Assembly: GCF_021246445.1 (NCBI RefSeq)
Contig: NZ_JAJQXW010000001.1
Coordinates: 620,001 to 684,000 of the forward strand
DNA: 64,000 bases
Direction of reading: 5' to 3'
DNA from: Rhabdothermincola salaria
GTDB taxonomy: Bacteria > Actinomycetota > Acidimicrobiia > Acidimicrobiales > Acidimicrobilacustridaceae
Part shown: piece by piece, positions 39,136-48,991 of the stretch
Layout of the letters: each line of letters begins with the position of its first letter
Numbering within the stretch: position 1 is the stretch's first letter
Position numbers and translations under genes: made by a program
Notes under the pieces: model-generated
Seen by the model: only the letters and a program-made list of their open reading frames with translations
The model's database searches: none
What the model was told of the DNA's origin: nothing

Positions 39136-40734
39136 ATGGGAGAGACCGGGGTGCACGAGCCGGCCCGGCGCATCGCCGTGGTCACCCCCGAGTGGCCCAC
39201 CACCGAGGACGACCCCGGCGCCGAGGCGCTGCACGCCGAACGGCTCTGCGTGGCCCTGCTGGAGGCGGGTTGGACCCCGGAGGTGTTCTGCCCGGCCGAC
39301 GAAGCCGGCCCCCTCGACGACGACGGCATCCTGGTGCACCGGGTGCCTCGCGGTGTGCCGCCTCCCGGCATGCCGCTCGCCGAGGGCGTTGAGCGCATCC
39401 TCGACCGGTCCATCCTGGCCGCCGGGCTGCGCAAGGCCACCAACCGTCGCGAGCTCCTGGCCAGCACCCGCATGCAGGAACGGCGCCAGTACTTCGAGCG
39501 CCAGAGCGAGGCTCGCGATCTCGGCGCCGCGGTCGAGGATCGTCAGAAGGAGGCCCCTTTCCAGGCCGCCATCTCCACCGAGGCCGGCTTGGCCGGGCTG
39601 TTCGTGCCGGCCCGGCGCAGTCGCCCCCACATCGTGCGGGCCACCAGCGCTCCCGAGGCGTGGCGGGTGGCCGACGAGGACAACTCCCCGCACCGGCGCC
39701 GCATGGTGGCCGACCAACAGAAGGTCCTCACCCAGGCCCAGGCGGTCTACGCCTCCAGTGCGGTGGTGGCCGACGCCGTGCTCGACGAGCTCGGGGTGGA
39801 GGCCACTGTGCTGGCGCCACCGATGCCGGTGCAGCCCGACACCGGCGCCCGTCGGCGCGGCCTGCCGCGCCGGTACCTCGCCCTCTGCGGGCCCCTCGAC
39901 CTGCGCCACGGGGCCATCACCCTCGCCGCGGCGTTGCCGATCGCCTGGCGCCAGGCGCCGGACCTGGCCATCGTGCTGGCCGGGCCGGTCGACCGCATGC
40001 TCCTGGCCGACTGGCGCGCCGAGTGGCGCGACCAGGGACGTCTGGTCACCCACGTGGGCGAGCTCCTCGGCCTCGACCGCACCATCGAGCGGCGCCCACC
40101 GCGCACCAAGGCCGACATGCGCCGCCGGGCGGCCCGCGACGCCGATCCCTCCGAGGGCGCCGACCCCGATTCCGCCCAGGCATCGGGCCCGGGTGGCGCA
40201 GGCGCGGTCGACGACGATGCGTCGTCCGGCAACGTGCGCCGCTCCGGCTCGGGCTCCGCGGGCGGGAATGCGGCCAAGGGGTCGGACATCCACGACAGCA
40301 GCTCCCGGGCGACGGTGGCCGGCGCCCTCGGCGCGCCGGTGCCGGAGGGTCCGGGGGAGCCGCTCGGTGGTGGCGACCTGGTGGCCATCGCCGCCCGAGC
40401 GGTGGCTGTCGTGGTGCCGCCCCTGTTCGACGACGTCGACGAGGTGGCGCTGCAGGCCTTGGCCGCCGGCGTGCCCGTCATCGCCTCGTCCAAGTCCGGC
40501 ACCGCCTCGCTGGTGGAGCCGGGGCGCACCGGCACCGTGGTGCCGGCCGGTTCGCCGAGTCAGCTGGCGGCTGCGCTCGTGGAGGCGTGGACGGGGGCCT
40601 GGGGTGTGCCCGAACGGGTCGACCTCGCCGGCACCCCGGCCGAGGCCGCCGCACCCCACGTGGCCGTGCAGGCCTTGTTGGCCCACGTGGCCGAGGTCCG
40701 CGAGCAGTGGCGGGAGGAGGCCCCCCAGGGCTGA
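39136..40734 (+). CDS. Glycosyltransferase family 4-like (GT-B) protein
   Basis: RIAVVTPEWP N-terminus; LQALAAGVPVIAS..G...LVEPGRTG; the usual ExxxxxxxE motif is degenerate. Confidence 0.7.
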   Translation: MGETGVHEPARRIAVVTPEWPTTEDDPGAEALHAERLCVALLEAGWTPEVFCPADEAGPLDDDGILVHRVPRGVPPPGMPLAEGVERILDRSILAAGLRKATNRRELLASTRMQERRQYFERQSEARDLGAAVEDRQKEAPFQAAISTEAGLAGLFVPARRSRPHIVRATSAPEAWRVADEDNSPHRRRMVADQQKVLTQAQAVYASSAVVADAVLDELGVEATVLAPPMPVQPDTGARRRGLPRRYLALCGPLDLRHGAITLAAALPIAWRQAPDLAIVLAGPVDRMLLADWRAEWRDQGRLVTHVGELLGLDRTIERRPPRTKADMRRRAARDADPSEGADPDSAQASGPGGAGAVDDDASSGNVRRSGSGSAGGNAAKGSDIHDSSSRATVAGALGAPVPEGPGEPLGGGDLVAIAARAVAVVVPPLFDDVDEVALQALAAGVPVIASSKSGTASLVEPGRTGTVVPAGSPSQLAAALVEAWTGAWGVPERVDLAGTPAEAAAPHVAVQALLAHVAEVREQWREEAPQG

Positions 40735-40867
40735 TCCCCGCCGCGTCGCCAACAGTGCCCGTCGGCCAGGCCCGAGGCCGACGGTGTGAGCCGATCTCGG
40801 GCCCGAACAGGGTGCCCGGCGACGTCAGCCCGGCATGGGTCGGCGGACCGAGCTTCGCTCGTCGCGC

Positions 40868-40962
40868 GGGTCGTGCGGGTCGTGCGGGTCGTGCGGGTCG
40901 TGCGGGTCGTGCGGGTCGTGCGGGTCGTGCGGGTCGTGGGGTCGTGGGGTCGTGGGGTCGTG
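40868..40962. repeat. (gggtcgtgc)x7 followed by (gggtcgtg)x4
   Basis: Read directly from the sequence. Confidence 0.92.
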
Positions 40963-41138
40963 GGGTGGGCTGCTGGCGGGGTTCCACGGCAGCGCTTGTC
41001 GTGGTCGGGGTGGGCTGCTGGCGCGGTTCCACGGCAGCGCTTGTCGTGGTCGGGGTGGGCTGCTGGCGGGGTTCCACGGCAGCGCTTGTCGTGGTCGGGG
41101 TGGGCTGCTGGCGGGGTTCCACGGCAGCGCTTGTCGCG
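40962..41138. repeat. 45-bp tandem repeat x~4
   Basis: ggggtgggctgctggcggggttccacggcagcgcttgtcgtggtc at 40962, 41007, 41052 and 41097. Confidence 0.93.
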
Positions 41139-41180
41139 GTTGCCGGTGGGCTGCCCGCAGCGACTGGCCGCGACCCGGCG

Positions 41181-41672
41181 TCAGGTGCGGGTCATCTGGC
41201 GCACCCCCTCACCCGGCTGCCACAGGTTGACGGTGAGGGTGCCGGCATCGGGGTTGACCTCGGTGAGGATGACCTGGCGCAGGTCGAAGCGGAACAGGTG
41301 GCTCTCGTCGGCCGGCGGTCCCTCCGTGCCGTCGGGGCCACCGAGCGATTCGTAGAAGGCGGCGTGCTCGGCGCCGGTGACCTCCTCGGCGTGGGCGTCG
41401 AACTTGGCGTCGCCGCCGACCATGTGGCGGTCCGACGGGTTGGCGTGCACCGCGCAGCGGGGATCGCGCTGCAGGTCGAGGGCCTTGCGGGCCTGCCACA
41501 TGGACCCGGCGACCACGTCGTCGCCCCAGAAGTGCACCTCGGTACCGCTGAGCCGGGGCGTGCCGTCGGCCCGGAGGGTGCCGAGCACGTGGTGGGTGTT
41601 GGCGGCGAAGCGGGCGCGGACCCTGTCGGCCAGCTCCGGCGCCTCGTCGTGGAACATCTGCCAGGAAGCCAT
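41181..41672 (-). CDS. Pyridoxamine 5'-phosphate oxidase-like (split beta-barrel flavin/F420) protein
   Basis: LGTLRADGTPRLSG...KALDLQRDPRCAVH. Confidence 0.87.
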   Translation of the reverse strand: MASWQMFHDEAPELADRVRARFAANTHHVLGTLRADGTPRLSGTEVHFWGDDVVAGSMWQARKALDLQRDPRCAVHANPSDRHMVGGDAKFDAHAEEVTGAEHAAFYESLGGPDGTEGPPADESHLFRFDLRQVILTEVNPDAGTLTVNLWQPGEGVRQMTRT

Positions 41673-41784
41673 CTCTCCATCATCGCCAGCCCCTGGGACA
41701 GGCGCCGTCGAGGCCTCCGCCTCGCCAGGCTCGGTGGGACCCGGCCGTGTCGGGTCTGAGAGCGGAGGGGTTCGACATCCGGCG

Positions 41785-41998
41785 GTGTCCGGCCCTCGGT
41801 GGGGGGATGCCCGGCGATATCCGGCCCGCGCCGTGGGGCGGGTGGACGTCTGGGCAGTGTCCGGGTCGCGCCGGGGGCGGGTGCACGCACAGCGATGTCC
41901 GGCTCGCGCCGGGGGCGGGTGCACGCACAGCGGTGGCCTGTCCGTGCCGTGGGGCGGGTGGACGTCCGGTGATGTCCGGTCCGCGGCGGGGGAGCGGG
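41785..41998. repeat. Degenerate ~38-bp tandem repeat (~6 units) in a divergent intergenic region
   Basis: Recurrent tgtccgg..cgcgccgggggcgggtg core. Confidence 0.7.
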
Positions 41999-42012
41999 CA
42001 GACTCGGTGGCG

Positions 42013-42600
42013 ATGGACGTGAACGCCTCGCTCGACGCCCCCTGCCCGCCCGACCGGCTCCGCCAGTGGGTCGACGACCTCGAGCGCTACCCGGCCTGGC
42101 TCTCCATCGTTCCCCGCGCCGAGCGTGAGGCCGCCGTCGGCCACTCTGCCGATCCGGACCTCCCCGGCGCCCTGGATGCTCCTGCCGGCCCGGGTGGCTC
42201 CGGCGACGCCGACCGTTCAACCGGATCGGGCGGCGTCGGCGACGGCGACAGCGACGGCGACGGCGACGGTTCAGCCGACACCGACGAGCCGCCGGCGTGG
42301 TCGGTGGAGCTGCGGGCCACGCTCGGCCCGCTGGCCCGCTCCAAGCGTCTCCGCATGGTGCGCACCGTCGACGAGGCCGATCACCTGCGCTTCGAACGCC
42401 GAGAGACGGACGGGCGGGAGCACTCGCCGTGGGTCCTCGACGCCACCATCGTTCCCCTCGAGGGCGGCGCCGCCAGCCGGCTCGTCATGAACCTCCACTA
42501 CGGCGGGTCGTTCGGCGGCAACCTGCTCGAACGCCTCCTCGGCGACGAGATCGAGCGCTCCAAGCCCTGCCTCCTGGACCTGGTGTCCGACCCCGCCTGA
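42013..42600 (+). CDS. SRPBCC (polyketide cyclase/START-like) protein
   Basis: WVDDLERYPAWL...GPLARSKRLRMVR...DGREHSPWVL..LHYGG. Confidence 0.8.
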   Translation: MDVNASLDAPCPPDRLRQWVDDLERYPAWLSIVPRAEREAAVGHSADPDLPGALDAPAGPGGSGDADRSTGSGGVGDGDSDGDGDGSADTDEPPAWSVELRATLGPLARSKRLRMVRTVDEADHLRFERRETDGREHSPWVLDATIVPLEGGAASRLVMNLHYGGSFGGNLLERLLGDEIERSKPCLLDLVSDPA

Positions 42601-42616
42601 CCCTCCCGCAATCTCT

Positions 42617-42727
42617 TTCTTGCATGAGATCGTCGCGCTGGAGCACGCCGAACCCATGCAGGAAGCGGTTCTGGCGGGCTTCTTGCATCGAATCGTCGCG
42701 CTGGAGCACGCCGAACGGATGCAGGAA
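42617..42727. repeat. Two copies of a 48-bp REP-like palindromic element
   Basis: TTCTTGCAT-N30-ATGCAGGAA at 42617 and 42680. Confidence 0.85.
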
Positions 42728-42844
42728 GCGGTGCCGGTCGGGTGAGGCGGGTGGACCATGCGCGGCGCGGAACGGCCGGCCTCCGAGGAGGCCGGCCGTC
42801 GTGTCGTCTCAGGTGGGTCGTCCCTCAGGAGGGTCGACCCGGGG

Positions 42845-44446
42845 TCAGGCTTGGGCGAGGCGGCGGCGGAACAGCGCCACCAGGGCGGCGCCGGCGGCGA
42901 GCACGAGGCCGCCGAAGGCGACCAGCGGCGTCACGATGCCGCCGGTGTAGGGCAGCACGCCGGCCGGCGTGACCGGGGCGGGAGCCGGTGGGGTGGGAGC
43001 GGCGGCCACGGTGATGCCGAGCACCTCGCTGTAGGGCTCACCGGCGGCATCGGTGCCCGAGATGACCACCTCGCACTCGCCGACGGGGAGGTCGGCGGGC
43101 AGGGGGAAGGTGGCTCGCACCCGGCCGTCGGCGTCGACGACGGCGGTGCCGACCTCGATGCCGCAGACGGTGACGGTGACGGTGGTGCCCGGCATCCAAC
43201 CGCCGGTGTCGATGTCGATGTCACCGCCGGGGACCAGGTTCGAGTCGTCGACCACCTCGCCGGTGGGGGCGGCCAGCACCTCGAGGGTGCCGTCGACCCA
43301 GGCGATGTCGTAGTTGGTGGAGGTGAGCCCGTCGCAGGTGATGGGGTAGTCGCCGACGGGCGACGCCAGCACGGCGGTGGTGGTGCAGGCGAGGGTGCCG
43401 TCGAGGTCGGCGGCGTCGTCACCGGCCACGAAGCCGGCGTAGGAGACGGAGAAGCTCGGGTTGGCCACGCCGGTCACCCGCTGGGCGTCCTGGGCGGTGA
43501 TGGTGAGGTCGGCGGCGGTGACGTCGAGGGTGCCGTCGATCCAGTCGATGTCGTAGTTGGTGGTGGTGAGGCCGTCGCAGGCGATCGGGTACCCGCCGAC
43601 CGCACTGTCGGTCACGGCGGTGGTGGTGCAGGTGAGGGTGCCGTCGAGGTCGGCGGGGCCCTCGCCGAGCACGAAGCCGGCGTAGGAGACCGTGAAGTCC
43701 GGGTTGTCGGCGCCGTACACGCGGGTGTCGTCGTCGACGGTGATGGTGAGGTCGGCGGCGGTGACGTCGAGGGTGCCGTCGATCCAGTCGATGTCGTAGT
43801 TGGTGGTGGTGAGGCCGTCGCAGGCGATCGGGTACCCGCCGACCGGGCTCTCGAGCACGGCGGTGGTGGTGCACGCGAGGGTGCCGTCGAGGTCGGCGGG
43901 GCCCTCGCCGAGCACGAAGCCGGCGTAGGAGACCGTGAGCTCGGGGTTGTCGGCGCCGTAGGCGCGGGACAGGTCGTCGGCGGTGATGGTGAGCGGCGCC
44001 GGGTCGGCGTAGATCACGGTGGCCCCGAGCGACGGAAGGAAGCTCCCCGACGGCACGTAGACCGCACCCGGTGCGATGTGGCCCAGGTCGGTGGGGGTGA
44101 CGGTGACGTCGCAGGAGGCGGCCCGGTCGCTGATGCCGGCGAGCGTGCACGGCGAGCCCTGCACGTCGAGGCGGTTGAGGATCGTGTCCACGTAGGCGGT
44201 GCCGGTGGGGACCTTCTTGGCGCCCATCCAGCCCGGGGCGATGTCGGTGACGGTGATGGTGCACGTCGACGGGCTGCCGTAGGTGTCGGCGTCGGGGCAC
44301 GACACGGCGGTGGTGGTGGGGTGCGGCAGGCCGTTGGCGTCGGCCGGACGGCTGGTGCCGACGAGCATCGTCGTGGTGGCGGCCAGGACCAGCAGCGCGG
44401 CGGCGATGAGCCGCGCGCTGGCACGAGGAAGGTGGAGGTGGGGCAC
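42845..44446 (-). CDS. Cell-surface protein with three MBG-type repeats and a classical LPXTG sortase signal
   Basis: Signal peptide; 3x LTITADD..R.YG..NP...Y.GFV..NYDI; LPYTG + TM helix + RRR. Confidence 0.9.
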   Translation of the reverse strand: MPHLHLPRASARLIAAALLVLAATTTMLVGTSRPADANGLPHPTTTAVSCPDADTYGSPSTCTITVTDIAPGWMGAKKVPTGTAYVDTILNRLDVQGSPCTLAGISDRAASCDVTVTPTDLGHIAPGAVYVPSGSFLPSLGATVIYADPAPLTITADDLSRAYGADNPELTVSYAGFVLGEGPADLDGTLACTTTAVLESPVGGYPIACDGLTTTNYDIDWIDGTLDVTAADLTITVDDDTRVYGADNPDFTVSYAGFVLGEGPADLDGTLTCTTTAVTDSAVGGYPIACDGLTTTNYDIDWIDGTLDVTAADLTITAQDAQRVTGVANPSFSVSYAGFVAGDDAADLDGTLACTTTAVLASPVGDYPITCDGLTSTNYDIAWVDGTLEVLAAPTGEVVDDSNLVPGGDIDIDTGGWMPGTTVTVTVCGIEVGTAVVDADGRVRATFPLPADLPVGECEVVISGTDAAGEPYSEVLGITVAAAPTPPAPAPVTPAGVLPYTGGIVTPLVAFGGLVLAAGAALVALFRRRLAQA

Positions 44447-44593
44447 GAGGCGTCCTTGTCGATCGGTTGTCCAGTGGCTCGCGGCGGTTTCCCGCTCGCC
44501 GCGGCGCCCCTGTGCCTACCACGTCGCCCACCCCCACCCGCGCACCCACGCACCCGCGCACCAGCGCACCCGCGCACCATCGCTCCTCTGGGG

Positions 44594-44641
44594 TTCTTGC
44601 ATGGAATCGTCGCGGTGGAGTGCGTCGAAACCATGCAGGAA
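44594..44641. repeat. Third copy of the 48-bp REP-like element
   Basis: TTCTTGCATGGAATCGTCGCGGTGGAGTGCGTCGAAACCATGCAGGAA. Confidence 0.85.
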
Positions 44642-44773
44642 CGGTTCTGGGCCGGGGCGAACGGGGGCGGAGGCCTCCGGCGGGCCCGGCGGGTGCAGGG
44701 CGGGTCGGCGGGGCGGGGCCGTCCGGCGGGTCGGAGGGTCGGAGGGTCGCAGGCCGGTCCTAGCCTGGGGATC

Positions 44774-46603
44774 ATGACGGTCACCGACGCCAACGCCGAG
44801 CACGCCGACACCCCGAACGACCCCGATCTCACCGCCGCCGACATCGCCTGGGACCTCGAACCCCTCGTCGCCGGCAAGGGCACCGAGGGCGTCGACGAGT
44901 TGATGGCCCGCGCCGACGAGGTGGCCACCGCCATCGAGGGCTACCGCGGGCGCATCCCCGGCCTCGACGCCGCCGGTCTGGCCGAGCTCATGGGCCACGT
45001 GGCCGACCTGCAGGACGCTCTCGGCCGGGCCGGCTCCTACGTGAGCCTGCGCTTCGCCGTCGACACCCTCGACGCCGAGCTCGGCGCCGCCATGCAGCGC
45101 TTCTCCGAGCAGGCCACCGCCATCTCCAACCGGGTGCTGTTCGTCGAGCTCGAGTGGGCCGAGGTCGACGACGCCCGCGCCACCGAGCTCACCGCCGATC
45201 CCGCCCTCGAGTTCTGCCGCCACCACCTGCGCTCGGCCCGCCGCTACCACCCGTACCTGCTCACCGAGCCCGAGGAGCAGATCCTCGGCGAGAAGGCCGT
45301 CACCGGCTCGAGCGCCTGGAGCCGGCTCTTCAGCGAGCTCACCTCGGCCATCACCGTCGACCTGCCCGACGGCCCGACATCGCTCGAGCAGGCCCTCAGC
45401 GTGCTGGGCTCACCGACCCGCGACGACCGCCGGGTCGCCGCCGAGGCCGTCACCGCCGCCCTCGAACCGGGCCTGCGCACCCGAGGCTTCGTCTACAACA
45501 CCCTCATGGCCGACCTGGCCAGCGACGACCGGCTGCGGGGCCACGACAGCTGGATCGCCAGCCGCAACCTGTCCAACGAGGCCAGCGACGAGTCGGTGCA
45601 GGCGCTCGTCGACAGCGTGGTGGCCCGCTACGACATCCCGCAACGCTGGTACGCCCTCAAGGCCCAGCTCCTCGGCGTCGACCGCCTGGCCGACTACGAC
45701 CGCAACTCCTCGGTGGCCGACGTGGAGGAGACGTTCGGGTGGAGCGAGGCCAGCGAGCTGGTGCTCGACGCGTACGGCTCGTTCTCCGGCGAGCTGGCCG
45801 GCGTGGTCCAGCGCTTCTTCGACGACCGCTGGGTCGACGCCCCCGTGCGGGCCGGCAAGCGTCCCGGCGCCTTCTGCGCCTACACCGTCCCTTCGGCCCA
45901 CCCGTACCTGTTGCTCAACTGGACCAGCCGCCGCCGCGACGTGCTCACCCTGGCCCACGAGCTGGGCCACGGCCTGCATGCCTACCTGGCGCGCGAGCAG
46001 GGCGTTTTCCACCAGGCCACCCCGCTCACCCTGGCCGAGACGGCGTCGGTGTTCGGTGAGACGGTCACCTTCGGCCGCCTCCTCGACGAGACCACCGACC
46101 CGGCGGCCCGGCTGGCCCTGCTGGCCGAGAGCCTCGAGGGCCAGATCGCCACCGTCTTCCGTCAGGTGGCCATGAACCGCTTCGAGGATGCGGCCCACAC
46201 CCGGCGTCGCACCGAGGGCGAGCTGTCGGTCGAGGCGTTCGGCGACGAGTGGGAGCGCACCCAGCGCGACATGCTCGGCGACGCCGTGGAGCTCACCCCC
46301 GGCTACCGCACGTGGTGGAGCTACATCCCGCACTTCATCGGCACGCCCGGCTACGTGTACGCCTACGCCTACGGCCAGCTGCTGGCCCTGGCGGTGTACG
46401 CCCGCTACGAGGCCGAAGGGGCGGGGTTCGTGCCGGCCTACCTCGACCTGCTGCGCGCCGGTGGCTCCTTGCCGCCCGAGGAGCTGGGCCGCATCGTCGG
46501 CGTCGACCTGGCCGACCCCGGGTTCTGGGACGGCGGCCTCGCCATCATCGACGCCCAGCTCGCCGCCGCCGAGCAGGCCGCACGCGACGCCGGCCGCCTC
46601 TGA
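44774..46603 (+). CDS. pepF: M3B oligoendopeptidase F
   Basis: WDLEPL, GKRPGAFC, TLAHELGH, AETASVFGE, IPHF and YVYAY motifs. Confidence 0.93.
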   Translation: MTVTDANAEHADTPNDPDLTAADIAWDLEPLVAGKGTEGVDELMARADEVATAIEGYRGRIPGLDAAGLAELMGHVADLQDALGRAGSYVSLRFAVDTLDAELGAAMQRFSEQATAISNRVLFVELEWAEVDDARATELTADPALEFCRHHLRSARRYHPYLLTEPEEQILGEKAVTGSSAWSRLFSELTSAITVDLPDGPTSLEQALSVLGSPTRDDRRVAAEAVTAALEPGLRTRGFVYNTLMADLASDDRLRGHDSWIASRNLSNEASDESVQALVDSVVARYDIPQRWYALKAQLLGVDRLADYDRNSSVADVEETFGWSEASELVLDAYGSFSGELAGVVQRFFDDRWVDAPVRAGKRPGAFCAYTVPSAHPYLLLNWTSRRRDVLTLAHELGHGLHAYLAREQGVFHQATPLTLAETASVFGETVTFGRLLDETTDPAARLALLAESLEGQIATVFRQVAMNRFEDAAHTRRRTEGELSVEAFGDEWERTQRDMLGDAVELTPGYRTWWSYIPHFIGTPGYVYAYAYGQLLALAVYARYEAEGAGFVPAYLDLLRAGGSLPPEELGRIVGVDLADPGFWDGGLAIIDAQLAAAEQAARDAGRL

Positions 46604-46714
46604 CGCATCGCGCCCGGTCCCGCGCGGGCGGATCGCCAGCGACGGCCGGCGGCTGCACCACGTCGCCGGTCGACCAGAAGGGACCGGCGCCGCGGGCGTC
46701 CCGGGTCGGTCGAG

Positions 46715-46864
46715 TCAGTGGCGGGCGAAGGCCCGGCGCCCCAGGATCACGGCGCCGGCGATGAGCGCCAGCGTGACGAGCAGCAGCCACGCCAGCCCTT
46801 CGATGAGGGCCCCGATGCCGATGAGCAGGGCGAGGACGATGAGGACGATCACGACGACGGTCAT
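46715..46864 (-). CDS. 49-aa hydrophobic membrane protein (too short for the ORF track)
   Basis: MTVVVIVLIVLALLIGIGALIEGLAWLLLVTLALIAGAVILGRRAFARH; GAGGA RBS. Confidence 0.75.
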   Translation of the reverse strand: MTVVVIVLIVLALLIGIGALIEGLAWLLLVTLALIAGAVILGRRAFARH

Positions 46865-46984
46865 CGCCGTCCTCTACCCGCCCGGGCCGTGATCGCGCGG
46901 TCGGCACGGTGAGGGGTCGGACCTTCACCCCGGCCGGGCGTTCCCGTGCTCTAGGTTCGCGGCATCGGCGAGGAGGACACGACC

Positions 46985-48391
46985 ATGCCCGACCTGGAAC
47001 CCGTCGACCCGACCACCAACGCCCACCTGCGTGGGCGGTTCGCGCCCACCCACAGCGAGATCACCGTGGAGGGCCTCGAGGTGGAGGGCACCCTGCCGGA
47101 GGGGCTGGTCGGGGCCTACCTGCGCAACGGCCCGAACCCCAAGTTCACGCCGCTCGGGAGCTACACGTTCCCGATGGAGGGCGACGCCATGGTGCACGGC
47201 ACCTGGATCGAGGCCGACGGCACCATCCGCTACCGCAACCGGTGGGTGCGCTCCAAGGGCATGGCCGCCGAGGAGCGGGCCGGCAAGGCGCTGTTCGGCG
47301 GGCTCATGACGCCCGCGTTCGTCGACCCGTCGCTGCTCGGCAACGACCCCGACCCGGGCTGGCCGTTCAAGCTCGACCCGTTCATCAACGTGGTACGCCA
47401 CGCAGGACGTCACCTGGCCCTCACCGAGTCCGCACCCGGCTACGAGATCACCTCGGACCTCGACACGATCGGGCGCTTCGACTTCGACGGACGCGTCAAG
47501 GGGATGTGCGCCCACCCCCGCATCGACCCCGTCACCGGCGACATGGTGCTGTTCACCTACGACGTGGAGGCACCGTTCCTGTCGTGGATGACCATCGGCG
47601 CGAACGGCGACCTCACCCGTGGCCCCACCGTCATCGACGGCGTCGACGAGGGCTACATGGTCCACGACTGCGTCATCACCGAGCGCTACCTGGTGCTCAC
47701 CCTGGCACCGGTGGTCTTCGACCTCGACGCCATGATGACCGGCGGCGACGTGCTGGCCTGGAAGCCCGACCTCGGCACCCGCATCGCCTGCATCCCCCGC
47801 GACGGCAGCCCGGTGCAGTGGGTGCACACCGACCCGTTCTTCGTGTGGCACTTCGGCAACGGCTTCGACCTGGGCGACGACGTGGTCATGGACTTCTCGT
47901 GGTGGAGCTCGTTCTCCCTCGGCCCCGATCCCGACAAGCGCGGCGCGTTCGCCCGGGCCACGCTGCACCCGTCGGCGGGCACCGCGGAGATCGAGCACGT
48001 CGAGGACGTGCCCGGCGAGTTCGGCCGCATCGACGACCGGCGCACGGGGCGCGAGCACCGCTACGTCACCGTGTCCCGCAAGTCCCCTCGCGGTGGCGAT
48101 CTGGTGCCCGGCGAGTTCGACCAACTGGCCCGCTACGACATGGCCACCGGCGAGTGCAAGGCCTACGACAGCGACCTGGTGTTCGGCGAGGTGGTGTTCG
48201 CTCCCCGCCAGGGCGGCACCGACGAGCTCGACGGGTTCTACGTCACCTACGGCACCGACCGGGCGGCCGAGAGCTCCTGGCTGGTGATCTGGGACGCGGC
48301 CTCGTTCCCGGCCGACCCGGTGGCCAAGGTGCGCATGCCCCAGCGCATCCCCAACGGCCTGCACGGCAACTGGCTCCCCGCTGAGGGCTGA
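46985..48391 (+). CDS. Carotenoid/lignostilbene cleavage oxygenase family protein
   Basis: YLRNGPNP and EGDAMVH; four Fe-His motifs (AHP, VHD, WHF, LHG). Confidence 0.93.
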   Translation: MPDLEPVDPTTNAHLRGRFAPTHSEITVEGLEVEGTLPEGLVGAYLRNGPNPKFTPLGSYTFPMEGDAMVHGTWIEADGTIRYRNRWVRSKGMAAEERAGKALFGGLMTPAFVDPSLLGNDPDPGWPFKLDPFINVVRHAGRHLALTESAPGYEITSDLDTIGRFDFDGRVKGMCAHPRIDPVTGDMVLFTYDVEAPFLSWMTIGANGDLTRGPTVIDGVDEGYMVHDCVITERYLVLTLAPVVFDLDAMMTGGDVLAWKPDLGTRIACIPRDGSPVQWVHTDPFFVWHFGNGFDLGDDVVMDFSWWSSFSLGPDPDKRGAFARATLHPSAGTAEIEHVEDVPGEFGRIDDRRTGREHRYVTVSRKSPRGGDLVPGEFDQLARYDMATGECKAYDSDLVFGEVVFAPRQGGTDELDGFYVTYGTDRAAESSWLVIWDAASFPADPVAKVRMPQRIPNGLHGNWLPAEG

Positions 48392-48405
48392 GCCCCCGCC
48401 GTCGC

Positions 48406-48897
48406 TCAGCCGGTGGGCAGCCGGGCGAGCGTCGAGGGCGTGAGGGCGGCGAGGAGGCGCTCGATGGCGTCCGGGTCGCCGTCGGCCTCGGCGCGCGCAA
48501 ACCCGCTGAGCGCCTGCTCGTGAGCAACGATCTCGGCGACTCGCTCATTGTCGGGGTCGGCGACGACCTCGAGGAGTTGCGCATAGAGCGACCGGTACGC
48601 CCCGGTGCCGTCGGCGATGGCGGCCATGGTGGTCGGCCAGTCGAGCTCCGCCATCGTGGTGGCCGCCGACCGGCCGACCTCGGCCTTGTCGCCGGCCTCA
48701 CCCAACTCCACCCCGTGGTCGGCGGCGAGCGCGGCGATGGTGGTGGCGGTCTGCTCCTCGAGGAGGCGACAGGCAGCGAGCTTGCGGCGCCGGTCTGGAT
48801 CGGTGGCCCGGCCGGCGAGCTCGCCGAAGAGCGTGGCGCCGAGGACCTCACCGCCATGGGCCTCTCGGAGCAGTTGGGTCAGACGGTCCTCAGCCAT
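48406..48897 (-). CDS. Ferritin-like helical protein
   Basis: GEVLG..LEEQT...Y..IVAHE pattern. Confidence 0.6.
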   Translation of the reverse strand: MAEDRLTQLLREAHGGEVLGATLFGELAGRATDPDRRRKLAACRLLEEQTATTIAALAADHGVELGEAGDKAEVGRSAATTMAELDWPTTMAAIADGTGAYRSLYAQLLEVVADPDNERVAEIVAHEQALSGFARAEADGDPDAIERLLAALTPSTLARLPTG

Positions 48898-48991
48898 GGT
48901 CGTGGTGGTAGCACAGCTCCGGTGTCGAGACCCGCGGTGTGGGTCGGGTCGTTGCCGTCGGCAATGACGCTGGACCCGGAGTTCCACAGCG

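Noticed and set aside
40962..41138. CRISPR array
   Set aside because: Contiguous 45-bp units without spacers
42617..42727. Mini-CRISPR (two repeats, 63-bp period)
   Set aside because: Repeats are 48 bp and diverged, the gap is only 15 bp, and a solitary third copy lies 2 kb away
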